Virus record (IMG/VR): IMGVR_UViG_3300005660_000003
Coordinates: 10,261 to 74,260 of that record
Direction: 5' to 3' (one strand)
Length of the DNA: 64,000 bases
DNA from: a virus
Taxonomy: Duplodnaviria; Heunggongvirae; Uroviricota; Caudoviricetes
The position numbers were made by a program, and so were the translations under genes. This document shows positions 1-10,041 of this stretch, one piece after another. Under the pieces are notes generated by a model. The model did not search any database and had not been told where the DNA came from. It saw nothing but the letters and a program-made list of their open reading frames with translations. The stretch's first letter is position 1. Each line of letters starts with the position of its first letter.

Positions 1-515
1 ATTTGATTTAAAAAATCCGCATTGTGCTCCTCTATATCCGAAATCAAAGATTTCGCATTTACTCCATCGCAGGCTTCCCAAATCCACGTCCTATATCTTG
101 CTTCACTTAAAAATTTGTCATCATAACTCACTTCTACGGAGTGATCTTTTAGAAAAAGCTCCTTCTTTTTAAAGTATCTGCCATATTGGGCAGATCTTAC
201 TAGATTTAGATTATGTTCATGGGCATTTTCTATAAAACAAGACTTAGAGCACCTATAATAAGACTTTTTAAAATCTTTGATTAAGCTTTCTTTGTACACT
301 TTGTGATGTATGAATAGATTGAAATCTTTCCCACTTTTTCTCTTTAATGGGAAATTTGTTAGGGCGTAATCTAACTTTATACGAAAAACATCATTCCACT
401 GAATACTTTCAAAACTTTTAGGAGATGACGCATAATTTACTATATTGCTTTCACAAGAAAGGATTCTAAAAGGTCCCTCTTTAACTTGTAGTATATCTTC
501 AAATTCGAAATGCAA
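1..515 (-). CDS. partial hypothetical protein (N-terminal part in window), third member of the local paralog family; probable TTG start preceded by AAGGAGG
   Basis: Hand translation gives an open frame from 515 to the window edge. It carries a G.YF...YDDK motif like the ORFs at 1125..2198 and 2195..3328. A strong RBS (aaggagg) lies 6 nt upstream of TTG. The frame has no ATG, so the start is uncertain. Confidence 0.4.
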   Translation of the reverse strand, partial: MHFEFEDILQVKEGPFRILSCESNIVNYASSPKSFESIQWNDVFRIKLDYALTNFPLKRKSGKDFNLFIHHKVYKESLIKDFKKSYYRCSKSCFIENAHEHNLNLVRSAQYGRYFKKKELFLKDHSVEVSYDDKFLSEARYRTWIWEACDGVNAKSLISDIEEHNADFLNQ

Positions 516-1128
516 GATTGTCCTCCTTATTGTTTTCAGGTAGGCTTATACTCACCTTTAGGTGACCTTTTGCAGCGGGTAAAATGTCGTACTCATTAAA
601 TACCATCTGTGAGAATTCCCAAAAAAGGGGCTTATTGTAGATTTTATTTAAGTTAATGTAATTTATTAAGGCTATAGAAGTTGCTGCTGTATAATACGGT
701 ATTGTTTGATTTACTAAATCAGACAATTTTTGAAACAAAGAATACATGGTAGAAAAAGAAGATTTTAAATTATGTTGAAGTATGCATGAGGTAAAATACT
801 GAACATCTATGTACTTACTAGCGTCTAAACCGTAAAGTATATCAATACCTAACTTACTACTTTTGTCATCCAGTGCTACGCATTGCTTAAAAACATTAAA
901 GATTTCACTTAAGGGAAGTTCCTTTTTACTGTGTAATGCCCGCCAAGCTTTTGTATATTGCAAATAATCCTTTTTCATATAGAAAGCATTATGTCCATTC
1001 TCACCAAATATGTGTTCAGGGTCACTAAGCACTTCAGTATGCCCGTTTACTTTCGCTAACTTTCTTATATCTTCAAAAACCCTTCTATTAAGTCCTTGTG
1101 CTGTTTCCTCAAATGCAAAGGTGCTCAT
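499..1128 (-). CDS. hypothetical protein
   Basis: 209-aa ORF in the minus-strand gene chain with a 4-nt overlap to the upstream gene. Confidence 0.5.
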   Translation of the reverse strand: MSTFAFEETAQGLNRRVFEDIRKLAKVNGHTEVLSDPEHIFGENGHNAFYMKKDYLQYTKAWRALHSKKELPLSEIFNVFKQCVALDDKSSKLGIDILYGLDASKYIDVQYFTSCILQHNLKSSFSTMYSLFQKLSDLVNQTIPYYTAATSIALINYINLNKIYNKPLFWEFSQMVFNEYDILPAAKGHLKVSISLPENNKEDNLAFRI

Positions 1129-2198
1129 ATCTTAAAATTCTCTATGTTTAACTCGCCACTACTTTTTGCGGTTGTAGTGGTGAGCACTTCAAACTTTATC
1201 TTAAATCTATTTGATTTTTTCATAAACAAGCCCTGAAAAGCATCACAGTTAATAATGCCCGCCACCATTTCAAGGTTTTTGCTTGAATATTTACCACTGT
1301 TAATTTTTTTAACCACATCATTTACAAAGCTAAAGATGGCGGTATTTCCATATTTACTATACCGAATAAGTTCCTCTGAATTAACTTTAACAAAATAACT
1401 CAACTTACTGGATTTCATTCTTGATCTTTGCCCGCACAAAGAGGCTATTATTAATTTTATTAACTTGTAGTCATCAGAATAGTTAAGAATAGTTTCCACG
1501 GCAGTTTTCTTAGTGGAAAGATTATTAGAAAGTGCCTGATTAACAAGAGTCAAACAAGTATCCATATCCATGTCGTTTATTATTAATTCTGATTCTTTTA
1601 AATTAATCAAGTCTTCAATTCTAATAAGTTTACCAGTTAGATTAGAAAAGTCTTTTATTTTGTACAATGTGAAATACTTGTGTTCAAGATTTGAACTAAT
1701 ATTTTTAAGATCTTTATCAATACAGTTCTTTAAAAAATCCACATCATCTCTATGGTTTAATACATATAAACACTTATCAAGCGTATAACAATAAGCCGCA
1801 ATATTTTTTATATCATACATTTTTTTCATAACGCCATAATCATCATAGATGACAAGATCGGCATTTTCAATTATTCTTGTATACACAAGGTCCGGATATA
1901 ATCTTTTAAAATACGCCCTATCAAACTTAGTTTGAGGGCAGAAATAATAGGTTTTAGCTTCTCCTATCTTTTTCTTGTTCAAGAATAACTTTTTATCAAG
2001 CTTTTTAATCTCATCTTTTAAACACCCAGAATTATAATAGTTGTTGTTTTTTTGTGTGTATCCGGTTATGTCAGTTTCTTTAAAAGTGAAGTCCGACCTA
2101 AGTATTGGGGTGCCTAATGTGAAAGTGGTTGCCGTGTTCCATCGTCCATAATTTTTTATACTATTTATTCCGGAATACTTAATTTCTATCATTTTCAT
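1125..2198 (-). CDS. hypothetical protein, tandem paralog (FDRAYFKRLYP...YDD motif)
   Basis: 357-aa ORF. It shares the FDR(A/S)YF(K/R)RLYP...(V/I)IYDD block with 2195..3328. Confidence 0.55.
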   Translation of the reverse strand: MKMIEIKYSGINSIKNYGRWNTATTFTLGTPILRSDFTFKETDITGYTQKNNNYYNSGCLKDEIKKLDKKLFLNKKKIGEAKTYYFCPQTKFDRAYFKRLYPDLVYTRIIENADLVIYDDYGVMKKMYDIKNIAAYCYTLDKCLYVLNHRDDVDFLKNCIDKDLKNISSNLEHKYFTLYKIKDFSNLTGKLIRIEDLINLKESELIINDMDMDTCLTLVNQALSNNLSTKKTAVETILNYSDDYKLIKLIIASLCGQRSRMKSSKLSYFVKVNSEELIRYSKYGNTAIFSFVNDVVKKINSGKYSSKNLEMVAGIINCDAFQGLFMKKSNRFKIKFEVLTTTTAKSSGELNIENFKI

Positions 2199-3328
2199 AA
2201 CATAAACTCCGAAGCGGCTGACGCCGTTGTAACAGGTGCTTGCACTTCCTTTAACTTAGGATGTTTGCAAGTAAAAGAAATGTGGTTAACATCAATATGC
2301 GGTATTATATAATGATTTAGTTTTTTAAATAGAGTGGGTTCGTTCATAAACTGTTTACAAATTTCCCAGTCTATATTATAATTTGATTTATCAAAATCAT
2401 CCACTATATTGACGAAAAGATTTAATACACTAATAAAGTCTGTTGGTAGTGTATACTTCTTAAACCCAAACACTTTAGTGCCCTCAACAGATTTTAAAAA
2501 GAGATCTAACTTAGTGGAATTCTTTTTTTGGTACATACAGGTATTTTTAGAAATGGTTAATAGATATAAAAAGTATTGTATTGGGGCAAATTTATCTGAA
2601 TTATACATGATTAATGAATCAAGGGCCGCACAAATTACAGAGTAATTCCCGCTTGTTAACTGCTCTATGTAAACTATTAAATCACTTATTGATAGATCGT
2701 CCTGCTTAGAGTTAGACGGTATTTTATTTAAAGCGTCATCACTTAGCATGTACGGCAATTTAGAAGATTCCAATTTGTCAAAGTAATCATTTTCCACTGA
2801 TAAATAGGCGTATTCTGATTCGATGGTTGGATCTAAAATTTGCCCAATAATTTTTGAATTATTCTTATCTAAGGATAAAAACTTATTATACACATTGTAT
2901 TCATAAGTACTGGGCCTAAAAGCCATTCTTAGTCTATTGAATTCATTGGGGTGAAAATAAATATCTGTGTTTTTAATCTTAAGACAACATGTGGGCTTTT
3001 TATCATTTTCAAATATGGCTTTATCGTCATAAATTATAACCTCTGCTAAATCTAAATTATTTCTAATATTTATGTTGGGGTACAATCTTCTAAAGTATGA
3101 TCTATCAAAATAGGTACCTTTTATAAAATGGACATTCTTAATTTTAGAAAAATCCCCGCTAAATCTATTGGATGTATTTAAGTTTTTTCCTTGTGGGGAT
3201 GCAATCTTTATGTTTTTTAAAGTGTTTTTTATTAAATGCCCATCTGATACTGCGGTTATTGGAATCGCAGCATTATATGGATTGGGCATTAAAAAGGTAG
3301 GGGATAGGCTGTAAAAATCAATATCCAA
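2195..3328 (-). CDS. hypothetical protein, tandem paralog
   Basis: 377-aa ORF paralogous to 1125..2198, with a 4-nt overlap. Confidence 0.55.
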   Translation of the reverse strand: MDIDFYSLSPTFLMPNPYNAAIPITAVSDGHLIKNTLKNIKIASPQGKNLNTSNRFSGDFSKIKNVHFIKGTYFDRSYFRRLYPNINIRNNLDLAEVIIYDDKAIFENDKKPTCCLKIKNTDIYFHPNEFNRLRMAFRPSTYEYNVYNKFLSLDKNNSKIIGQILDPTIESEYAYLSVENDYFDKLESSKLPYMLSDDALNKIPSNSKQDDLSISDLIVYIEQLTSGNYSVICAALDSLIMYNSDKFAPIQYFLYLLTISKNTCMYQKKNSTKLDLFLKSVEGTKVFGFKKYTLPTDFISVLNLFVNIVDDFDKSNYNIDWEICKQFMNEPTLFKKLNHYIIPHIDVNHISFTCKHPKLKEVQAPVTTASAASEFML

Positions 3329-3370
3329 GGTTCACCTCCGGTGGAAAGGAAAAGGGTGAGAAACAACACG

Positions 3371-3415
3371 GAATTTAGAAAAAGAAGCGAATATAGAGAA
3401 GTATAAGTAGAGTTT
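3371..3415 (+). promoter_or_regulatory. promoter-like cassette variant (tttagaaaaag...gagaagtataagtag) 26 nt upstream of HNH gene
   Basis: Shares the core with the motifs at 5431, 7757, 33407, 34213 and 16025 (minus). Confidence 0.45.
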
Positions 3416-3440
3416 AAATTTACATCTTGAAGGGAATAAC

Positions 3441-4250
3441 ATGGAAAAGAAGAATTGTACTAAGTGCGGTGAATTAAAAGAATTGGGATTATTTGATAAA
3501 CAGAAAGCTGGCAAATATGGTCGTACATCTAAGTGTAAGTCTTGTAAAAGTATTATTGCTAAAGAGTATGCAGCTAAGAATCCTGATAAAATCAAGGAGG
3601 CGACTTACAAACAGAGTATTATAAGAAAAGAAAGCGGATATTATAAGAAATATGAAGAAATCAATAAAGAAAAACTTAAAAAGTATAGAACTGAGTACGC
3701 CGAACAGAATAGGGCGTGGATCGTTGAAAAGAAAAGTGAACACTATTTTAAAAATAAAGAAAAACATTTAGAAATTAGTAAAAAGTTTGCACAAGAAAAC
3801 AAGGAAAAAGTTAATGGTTACAAAAAGAAATACAAACTTAATAACAAGGATAAATCAAATTTGCAAGTTAGAGAAAGACGAAAAGTAGATCATAATTTTA
3901 GAATAAAAAGTGCATTAAGATCTAGGGTTTATATAGCCTTAAAAGCACAAAATGCTAAAAAGGTAAAACACACTATGGAATTAATTGGGTGTTCCCCAAA
4001 GTTTCTTTATAAGTATATTGAATCAAAGTTTACACAGGGTATGACTTGGAAAAATCATAAGGTTGACGGATGGCACATAGACCATGTTATTCCCTGCTCA
4101 TCTTTTGATCTAACAGATCCTGCTCAACAACTTAAATGTTTTCACTACACAAATCTCCAACCACTCTGGTCCACGCGTGACATTGCTATGTCTTACGGCG
4201 AAGATCCAGAGTACGTTGGAAACCTTGAAAAGGCTGATAAAATTATTTAG
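3441..4250 (+). CDS. HNH homing endonuclease (N-terminal CxxC...CxxC zinc finger, Lys-rich NK(E/D)KI repeats, C-terminal HNH: GMTWKNH..GWHIDHV.PC...NLQPLW)
   Basis: The conserved C-terminal HNH module is shared with four other copies. It is a plus-strand insertion between minus-strand genes. Confidence 0.8.
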   Translation: MEKKNCTKCGELKELGLFDKQKAGKYGRTSKCKSCKSIIAKEYAAKNPDKIKEATYKQSIIRKESGYYKKYEEINKEKLKKYRTEYAEQNRAWIVEKKSEHYFKNKEKHLEISKKFAQENKEKVNGYKKKYKLNNKDKSNLQVRERRKVDHNFRIKSALRSRVYIALKAQNAKKVKHTMELIGCSPKFLYKYIESKFTQGMTWKNHKVDGWHIDHVIPCSSFDLTDPAQQLKCFHYTNLQPLWSTRDIAMSYGEDPEYVGNLEKADKII

Positions 4251-5412
4251 TGACAATACTAATTATTTCTTTATGTTCAATTAAAGCAGCAAATTGTTTC
4301 CTCATGTTAAGGCTCTTTATGAGATTATAGCTAATGTCACCAGAAAAGCATCCACTCTTAACAATTTCAGCAATTCTGTCAACATCCTTTTTCTTATTGA
4401 AGGTTTTTTCTTCAATTATTTTATCAGAATAGTTGATGAGTCTAGAAGATAAAACACTAGCAATATTCTGCTTGTAACCTGAGGTCTCTACTTTACCTAC
4501 TACGGCACTTATCTTGGCGATAGCAGCCTCATGGTCCTTAGCCTCAAAAATATCTTTTGGGGAAGGGACTCTATCTAACTTGTTATTAATGAATAAGGCA
4601 AAGCAGGCTGAGAATTCGGGGCCGACTGAACCCTCTCCTAAAAGCTGAATTAGGTTAAGGGTCTCTGGTGATCCGAAGTCTTCTAAGCTAGATATACTAT
4701 TAAAGTAGTCTGTGGCAAGTCTTGCGTTAGTTTTACCTTTAATCATTTCGGGATTTAACATGAGGAAGTTAATGCAGCGTGAATCTACTCCATCTCTTTC
4801 GGCCCAAGCCGCCCACTCATCAACCGCGAACTTCATTTCTAGTTTAATAAAGCGTGAGGATTGGGCGGAATCAAGATCACATACAATATACTCCCCATTG
4901 GATGGATTGCTAGTAAGGAATACGTGGCAGTCTGAAGGGAGTTTCCAACTGATGAACTCACCACGATCTATAAGCTCTAAGCAAGCCTGAATGACATGAG
5001 TGGCTCCGCGAGTCCAATCATCGAGCAAAAGAATCACTCCACTACCGTCTTTTGGAACCCAAGCTGGCGGTGAATATGAGGTTCTAGTGTTACCCGTCAA
5101 GGCAACAGTATTTTTATAACTATCTATTTGCTTACCTGATGCCCATGCAACACTGCTCCCTTCACTAGCAACATACTCATATTCTATGAAGGGAAACCCG
5201 CATAGATCACCAGCCTGTTCAATTTGGGCCAAGTTTATCTTAACCAAGCCTAATCCATTTTCCTTAGCTATCTGGCACATTAAGGAAGTTTTACCCAGTC
5301 CAGATTCACCCTCAATAAGAATAGAGTTCTTCTTTTTACCAACCTTTTCAAGGTGACGATTGTTATTAATCACGTGATTAAGCACACTTTTTACTTGAGA
5401 AATCTTAAGCAT
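4243..5412 (-). CDS. cobS: MoxR/CobS-like AAA+ ATPase
   Basis: Walker A GESGLGKTS and Walker B VILLLDDW. It has CbbQ/NorQ/CobS-like architecture and is paired with a VWA protein nearby. Confidence 0.7.
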   Translation of the reverse strand: MLKISQVKSVLNHVINNNRHLEKVGKKKNSILIEGESGLGKTSLMCQIAKENGLGLVKINLAQIEQAGDLCGFPFIEYEYVASEGSSVAWASGKQIDSYKNTVALTGNTRTSYSPPAWVPKDGSGVILLLDDWTRGATHVIQACLELIDRGEFISWKLPSDCHVFLTSNPSNGEYIVCDLDSAQSSRFIKLEMKFAVDEWAAWAERDGVDSRCINFLMLNPEMIKGKTNARLATDYFNSISSLEDFGSPETLNLIQLLGEGSVGPEFSACFALFINNKLDRVPSPKDIFEAKDHEAAIAKISAVVGKVETSGYKQNIASVLSSRLINYSDKIIEEKTFNKKKDVDRIAEIVKSGCFSGDISYNLIKSLNMRKQFAALIEHKEIISIVTK

Positions 5413-5430
5413 CTAAAAACTTTCTACGAA

Positions 5431-5473
5431 AAATAGAAAAAACATCAAATCTAGAGAAGTACTAGATAAGGGA
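5431..5473 (+). promoter_or_regulatory. promoter-like cassette aaatagaaaaaa-N8-tagagaagtactagataag, 28 nt upstream of HNH gene
   Basis: Conserved motif family (see findings). Confidence 0.5.
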
Positions 5474-5500
5474 TATGTAATTTACGCTAATTTAAACTGA

Positions 5501-6319
5501 ATGGGGAAATTTGTGAAAACTTGTAGAATTTGTAATATTATAAAGAGTTTTTCTGAATTTGATAAAAATAAAGACAGTAGGGATAAACTTAGGCACGAAT
5601 GTAAGATATGTCTTAAAAAACGCCGCTCAGAACGTTATTTTAAAAATAAAAAACCAAAAGATATTACAAATAAAAAGATTATTAGTGTTAATAAAAAATG
5701 TTGCAAGTGTAAAGAAACTAAGAACTTGGACATGTTTAGTAAAAATAAGAACAGATTTGATGGTGTAAACGGAATGTGTAAAAAGTGTTATGTTACATAT
5801 AAATCTCAATATCAAGTAGAAAATAAAGAAAAGATTAAGCAGTACAACGATATGTATACCGTTAAAAACAAAGTAGCTAGACAAAAATATAAAAAGAAAT
5901 ATAGTTTAGAAAATAAAGATAAAATAAATCAGACTAATAAAAAATATTATTCTAATAACCCGAGTGTTAAAATAGGTAGAAGTTTAAGTGGTAGAGTTAG
6001 AAGTGCTATAAAAAATTCTGGCGGGACAAAATCCCAATCTTCTTGCGAATTTCTTGGATGTACAAGAGATGAAGTCTGTAAGTATTTAGAATCTAAATTT
6101 ACAACAGGGATGACTTGGGAGAATCACGGATTATATGGTTGGCATATAGACCACATAAAGCCGTGCGATTCTTTTGATTTAACAAATCCTGAGCAGCAAA
6201 GAGTTTGCTTTCATTATACCAATCTCCAACCACTTTGGGCGACTCGTGACATAGCAATGAGTTACGGTGAAGGCCCGGATTATGTAGGTAATTTGGAAAA
6301 ACATAACAAGCTATTGTAA
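5501..6319 (+). CDS. HNH homing endonuclease (two CxxC zinc-finger modules plus Lys-rich repeats plus HNH)
   Basis: C-terminal 80 aa are about 80 percent identical to the copy at 7832..8524. Confidence 0.8.
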   Translation: MGKFVKTCRICNIIKSFSEFDKNKDSRDKLRHECKICLKKRRSERYFKNKKPKDITNKKIISVNKKCCKCKETKNLDMFSKNKNRFDGVNGMCKKCYVTYKSQYQVENKEKIKQYNDMYTVKNKVARQKYKKKYSLENKDKINQTNKKYYSNNPSVKIGRSLSGRVRSAIKNSGGTKSQSSCEFLGCTRDEVCKYLESKFTTGMTWENHGLYGWHIDHIKPCDSFDLTNPEQQRVCFHYTNLQPLWATRDIAMSYGEGPDYVGNLEKHNKLL

Positions 6320-6541
6320 TTCCCAAGCCCACGGGCTTTGTCTAAAATTAATGATGCTTTTGGCACTTATATCGTTTTCTTTGAAAAATTCTAATACCTC
6401 TTTTCTAACATCACCTAAGTAGTCTTCATTAAATGGTAAGCTTGTCCATATAATTTTGTGTCCATTATCTAGGGTAAAAATATCCAAGTAACAATAATCC
6501 TTATATAAATAGTCTTTTCTACAAGCAATATATCTTTTCAT
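6311..6541 (-). CDS. small hypothetical protein
   Basis: 76-aa ORF with a 4-nt overlap to the VWA gene. Confidence 0.35.
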   Translation of the reverse strand: MKRYIACRKDYLYKDYCYLDIFTLDNGHKIIWTSLPFNEDYLGDVRKEVLEFFKENDISAKSIINFRQSPWAWELQ

Positions 6542-7725
6542 TTTAGGCCCTCAGCTAGGATTTTTTTTCCGGGGAAATTAACCAATTTAGGGTCTCCCCC
6601 AGCGGTAACCACCCACAAAATTGGCCTAGATCTCATTAAGTACTTTCCCGAAACGTATCCATCGGTAAACATTATAAGGGCGTTATATTTATTGCCTTTA
6701 TTAAGTAACTGGATCACTTCAGTGGGGTCAGTACCGCCGCCGCCCTTTACCTGACTATTCTGCCATTTCTTTTTATTTGAAAAATCAAATTTATCTTGAA
6801 TTCCAAAGTCCCAAGTAACTATCTCTATTTCTACACCAGATTTATTCATATATGAAATTTGATTAAAGAATTCAGAGAGCTGACTAGGACTAATTGACCC
6901 GCTAACGTCTACCCCCACAAGCATTTTTCTTCTTTGGTTTAAGGTTATTGCTGCCTGATCTGGATACCTCTTATTGGGTTTATTTTGTGTAAACTTTATA
7001 ACCTGCTTATCACAAAAGGATTTAAACTGCCGCATAACCTGTCGCCAATCCAGTACTGGTGGAGTTTTAATGTAAAGATTTAGAATAAAATCCCTAAGGT
7101 GTCCGGGAACACTTCCGGGCTGTTTATTAAAGGTGTGCTCATACACCTCTTTCATTTGGTGTTCTATTTGGGCTTTTATAAGCTCCTTCATACCGTCAGG
7201 GATAGGCTCCCCATCTTCTGCTGAGTCCCACAATGGATGCCCGCACACAGTTTTGCCGCCCTGCTTCATGAAGTTGACTAAACCCTTCAACTTCGGGGAC
7301 TTATTGTTTTGATTAGCTTTACACAACTCGTCGTAGTAAAACTTAGTGTCTTTAAATGGTGGAAGATTTAATTCTGGGAAAGAGGTTGGAAGCATAGCGT
7401 TTGGCGGAAGGTAATCTGTTTCGATATATTGATTTATTACCATATCGGCAGCTATGTTATAAATCTCTTTCTCTGCGTAGTTATCCCAATAAATTAAATG
7501 AAACAAACATATATGACCTACTTCGTGTTCCATTAGTCCTATCTTTTGTTTGTCTGTAAGCTTATTAAAATATTCCTCATTAAACCACATATCGATCATC
7601 ATTCCATTAATTTGGCAGCAAGCAGTTGGAATATGATCTGAAAAAGCCTTTTGAATTCCAAGTGCGAGGTGCCCATAGTACGGTGACCGGTACAGAAGCC
7701 CTTTACTACATTGTACTAAATCCAA
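6538..7725 (-). CDS. VWA-domain protein with N-terminal HExxH metallopeptidase-like motif (CobT-like partner of the AAA ATPase)
   Basis: HEVGHICLFH zincin motif. MIDAS-type VGVDVSGSIS motif of the VWA fold. Confidence 0.65.
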   Translation of the reverse strand: MDLVQCSKGLLYRSPYYGHLALGIQKAFSDHIPTACCQINGMMIDMWFNEEYFNKLTDKQKIGLMEHEVGHICLFHLIYWDNYAEKEIYNIAADMVINQYIETDYLPPNAMLPTSFPELNLPPFKDTKFYYDELCKANQNNKSPKLKGLVNFMKQGGKTVCGHPLWDSAEDGEPIPDGMKELIKAQIEHQMKEVYEHTFNKQPGSVPGHLRDFILNLYIKTPPVLDWRQVMRQFKSFCDKQVIKFTQNKPNKRYPDQAAITLNQRRKMLVGVDVSGSISPSQLSEFFNQISYMNKSGVEIEIVTWDFGIQDKFDFSNKKKWQNSQVKGGGGTDPTEVIQLLNKGNKYNALIMFTDGYVSGKYLMRSRPILWVVTAGGDPKLVNFPGKKILAEGLK

Positions 7726-7756
7726 GGTGAACTCCTTTGTTTTAAATTAGGGGTGG

Positions 7757-7800
7757 AAAATAGAAAAAAAGAATAAAAAATGAGAAGTATACTATATGGG
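7757..7800 (+). promoter_or_regulatory. promoter-like cassette aaaatagaaaaaaag-N10-gagaagtatactatatggg, 32 nt upstream of HNH gene
   Basis: Conserved motif family. Confidence 0.5.
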
Positions 7801-7831
7801 CCGTATTTACTATAAATGAAATGAGAATTCA

Positions 7832-8524
7832 ATGGACAAAGACAAAATTAAACAATATAAAAGAGAACACTATCTAGCTAATAAGGAAAAATACCACGAA
7901 GATAATAAAAAATATAGGGAGGAAAACAAAGATAAAATCCGGGAATCAAAGAAACAGTATAATATAAACAATAAGGAAAAGATTAAAGAAAGACAGAAGA
8001 GGTACTACCTAAATAATCAAGATAAAATAAAAAGCTATAGATTCAACAACAAAGAGAAGATTAGTAGTGAAAATAAAGAATATTGTAGGGCAAATAGGGA
8101 TAAAATAAATGCTCAAATAAGACTTAGAAAAAAGACTAACCCTAAACCAATGTTATTAAATAATAGACTTAAGAATAATTTAAGAAGAAGAATTGTTCAT
8201 GTAATACGAGGTAATAATAAATCTGCGGTTACGATGAAACTAATTGGGTGTGATATAGATTTTCTTAAAACCCACTTATCTTCCAAGTTTACTACTGGAA
8301 TGACTTGGGAAAACTATGGTTTATACGGTTGGCACATTGATCATATTAAACCCTGTGCTTCCTTTGATCTTTCAAACCCTATCGAGCAGACTGCCTGCTT
8401 CCACTACACAAATCTCCAACCTTTATGGGCAACTAAAGAAATTGCTCTATCTTATGGAGAGGGACTGGACTACGTGGGAAACCTAGAGAAGGGTTCACTG
8501 AACTTTAGTTCAGCTTCAAGGTAG
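7832..8524 (+). CDS. HNH homing endonuclease (Lys-rich NK(E/D)KI repeats plus HNH, no obvious zinc finger)
   Basis: HNH block GMTWENYGLYGWHIDHIKPC...NLQPLWA. Confidence 0.8.
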   Translation: MDKDKIKQYKREHYLANKEKYHEDNKKYREENKDKIRESKKQYNINNKEKIKERQKRYYLNNQDKIKSYRFNNKEKISSENKEYCRANRDKINAQIRLRKKTNPKPMLLNNRLKNNLRRRIVHVIRGNNKSAVTMKLIGCDIDFLKTHLSSKFTTGMTWENYGLYGWHIDHIKPCASFDLSNPIEQTACFHYTNLQPLWATKEIALSYGEGLDYVGNLEKGSLNFSSASR

Positions 8525-8938
8525 GCTCTTTACGTGAAGAATCACGGCAACAATGAAAGGCACGCAAGCGTGATTATACATGGCTGCATTAAACCCCAGA
8601 AAGAGTGCTTTATGCGATAGCACATCCACTTTACCCAAAAGCTTCATACCTAGGGTCCTACTGGCTTCATCTTTTGAGTTTATCATCATTATAATGTTTT
8701 CTACTTGCTCAGTGGTGTACTCTACTTTGGGGATATACTTAAGGAAAAACTCAATGGGATTGACTATCGGAACCCCTTTCTCACCGTAAGGGCAGATTCT
8801 AGAGATCAACGTATTAGATACAATTACCTCTGCTTTATTTACGTCTTTAACTGTTTCAAAATAGCAAGCATAATCTCTTAGTAATTCCCAATAATAGTCA
8901 TAGCGGCTGTTCGTATAGAAGTGAATCTTAATGGGCAA
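8516..8938 (-). CDS. hypothetical protein (shares SKDEA..L...LLGK motif with 10042..10596)
   Basis: 140-aa ORF. Confidence 0.45.
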   Translation of the reverse strand: MPIKIHFYTNSRYDYYWELLRDYACYFETVKDVNKAEVIVSNTLISRICPYGEKGVPIVNPIEFFLKYIPKVEYTTEQVENIIMMINSKDEASRTLGMKLLGKVDVLSHKALFLGFNAAMYNHACVPFIVAVILHVKSLP

Positions 8939-8949
8939 AATCTTCTCCT

Positions 8950-10035
8950 TTATTCATAATTCCTAATACAAATCATAACTGGAAATCTTGGTATACCATC
9001 AGATGTCAATTCAAAATATCTTATGGTAGCATATAAACCAATTAGAGTATCTGCCTCTTCAAGATATCTAAGTCTTTCGTTATCTGTACCCTTAGGTACA
9101 GCTTCAAACGTTTTGCCATTATCCATTTCAAATTCAAATGTAGGAATTAATTCAAATCTTCCCTTGCCAACTTTCCACCCAATAATTTTGTATTCAAAAT
9201 CTGTGAAGTCTTTTAATTTTAAGAGATCACAACTTCTTTTATTGGGTTGATATAAAGAAGTAATATTTCTTATCATGGTTCCTTCGCTGCCAGAAGAAGC
9301 TAATTTCTTGTGCCAAGAGTATAGTTCTTCTTCTGTTTTTAATATTTTCCACGGTACAATTTTTGTATGCTTTAAACCAATAACAAGTAGATCTAGCTCT
9401 ACTACTCTTTCGTGGTAAGTTTTTTCATTAATAATATCAAAAGCATAGAAAAATATATCCTCCATTCGAGGGTCTGTTGATTTACTCTTGCGGACAATTG
9501 ATATGATCTCCTCAAAAGAATAGGTGTCACTATACAATTCCCCATCTAACACAACATCATCTTTATTAAGTCTAATCAATTCTTCTGTAATATGATTAAG
9601 GCCAACAAGCTCTTTTCCTGTTCGACTAACACATGTTGCAACTCCATCTTTAATGGTTATTATACAACGTATTCCGTCAATTTTAATAGATCCAATAGCT
9701 GGCCAAGAAATTTTATGAGTATAATCTTTATATTTATGGGCCAACATAGGCAGGTTAGGCTTCTCCTCTGGTATAACCTTACTATACCCTTTCCTATCTA
9801 TTTGTTTCTGATGTTTTGCATCAGCTTCCGCAATACACTGCTCCTCTGGGGTTGTCTCATTGCTTCTACCAATATTTTTCCCTTTTAATACATAAACCAC
9901 AGCTTCCTGCATAGCTCCACCCACGGAGCCGTGGGTGACTTTATAGAAGTGGCCCTTGGCATCTTTTCCGGTAGAAATTTCCCATTCTCTTATCTTATCT
10001 TTAGAATCTTTTTTATATAGTTTCAAGTTCTGCAA
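8950..10035 (-). CDS. ATP-dependent DNA ligase (T7-like size)
   Basis: Nucleotidyltransferase motif I KIDGIRC and motif DGELY. The 361-aa length is similar to minimal phage DNA ligases. Confidence 0.65.
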   Translation of the reverse strand: MQNLKLYKKDSKDKIREWEISTGKDAKGHFYKVTHGSVGGAMQEAVVYVLKGKNIGRSNETTPEEQCIAEADAKHQKQIDRKGYSKVIPEEKPNLPMLAHKYKDYTHKISWPAIGSIKIDGIRCIITIKDGVATCVSRTGKELVGLNHITEELIRLNKDDVVLDGELYSDTYSFEEIISIVRKSKSTDPRMEDIFFYAFDIINEKTYHERVVELDLLVIGLKHTKIVPWKILKTEEELYSWHKKLASSGSEGTMIRNITSLYQPNKRSCDLLKLKDFTDFEYKIIGWKVGKGRFELIPTFEFEMDNGKTFEAVPKGTDNERLRYLEEADTLIGLYATIRYFELTSDGIPRFPVMICIRNYE

Positions 10036-10041
10036 AGCTCC

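Noticed and set aside
1570-1788. Short plus-strand ORFs lying entirely inside longer minus-strand genes, for example 1570..1788, 2409..2645, 3489..3767, 4712..4990, 9023..9250, 13507..13779, 24744..24932 and 25978..26217.
   Set aside because: Each is antisense to a longer ORF that has recognisable domains. The low-complexity composition is typical of AT-rich shadow ORFs.
8950-10035. RNA ligase (Rnl) as a partner for Pnk.
   Set aside because: Motif I is KIDGIRC, which is DNA-ligase-like K(Y/I)DGxR. It does not match the Rnl1 KEDG or Rnl2 KIHG forms.
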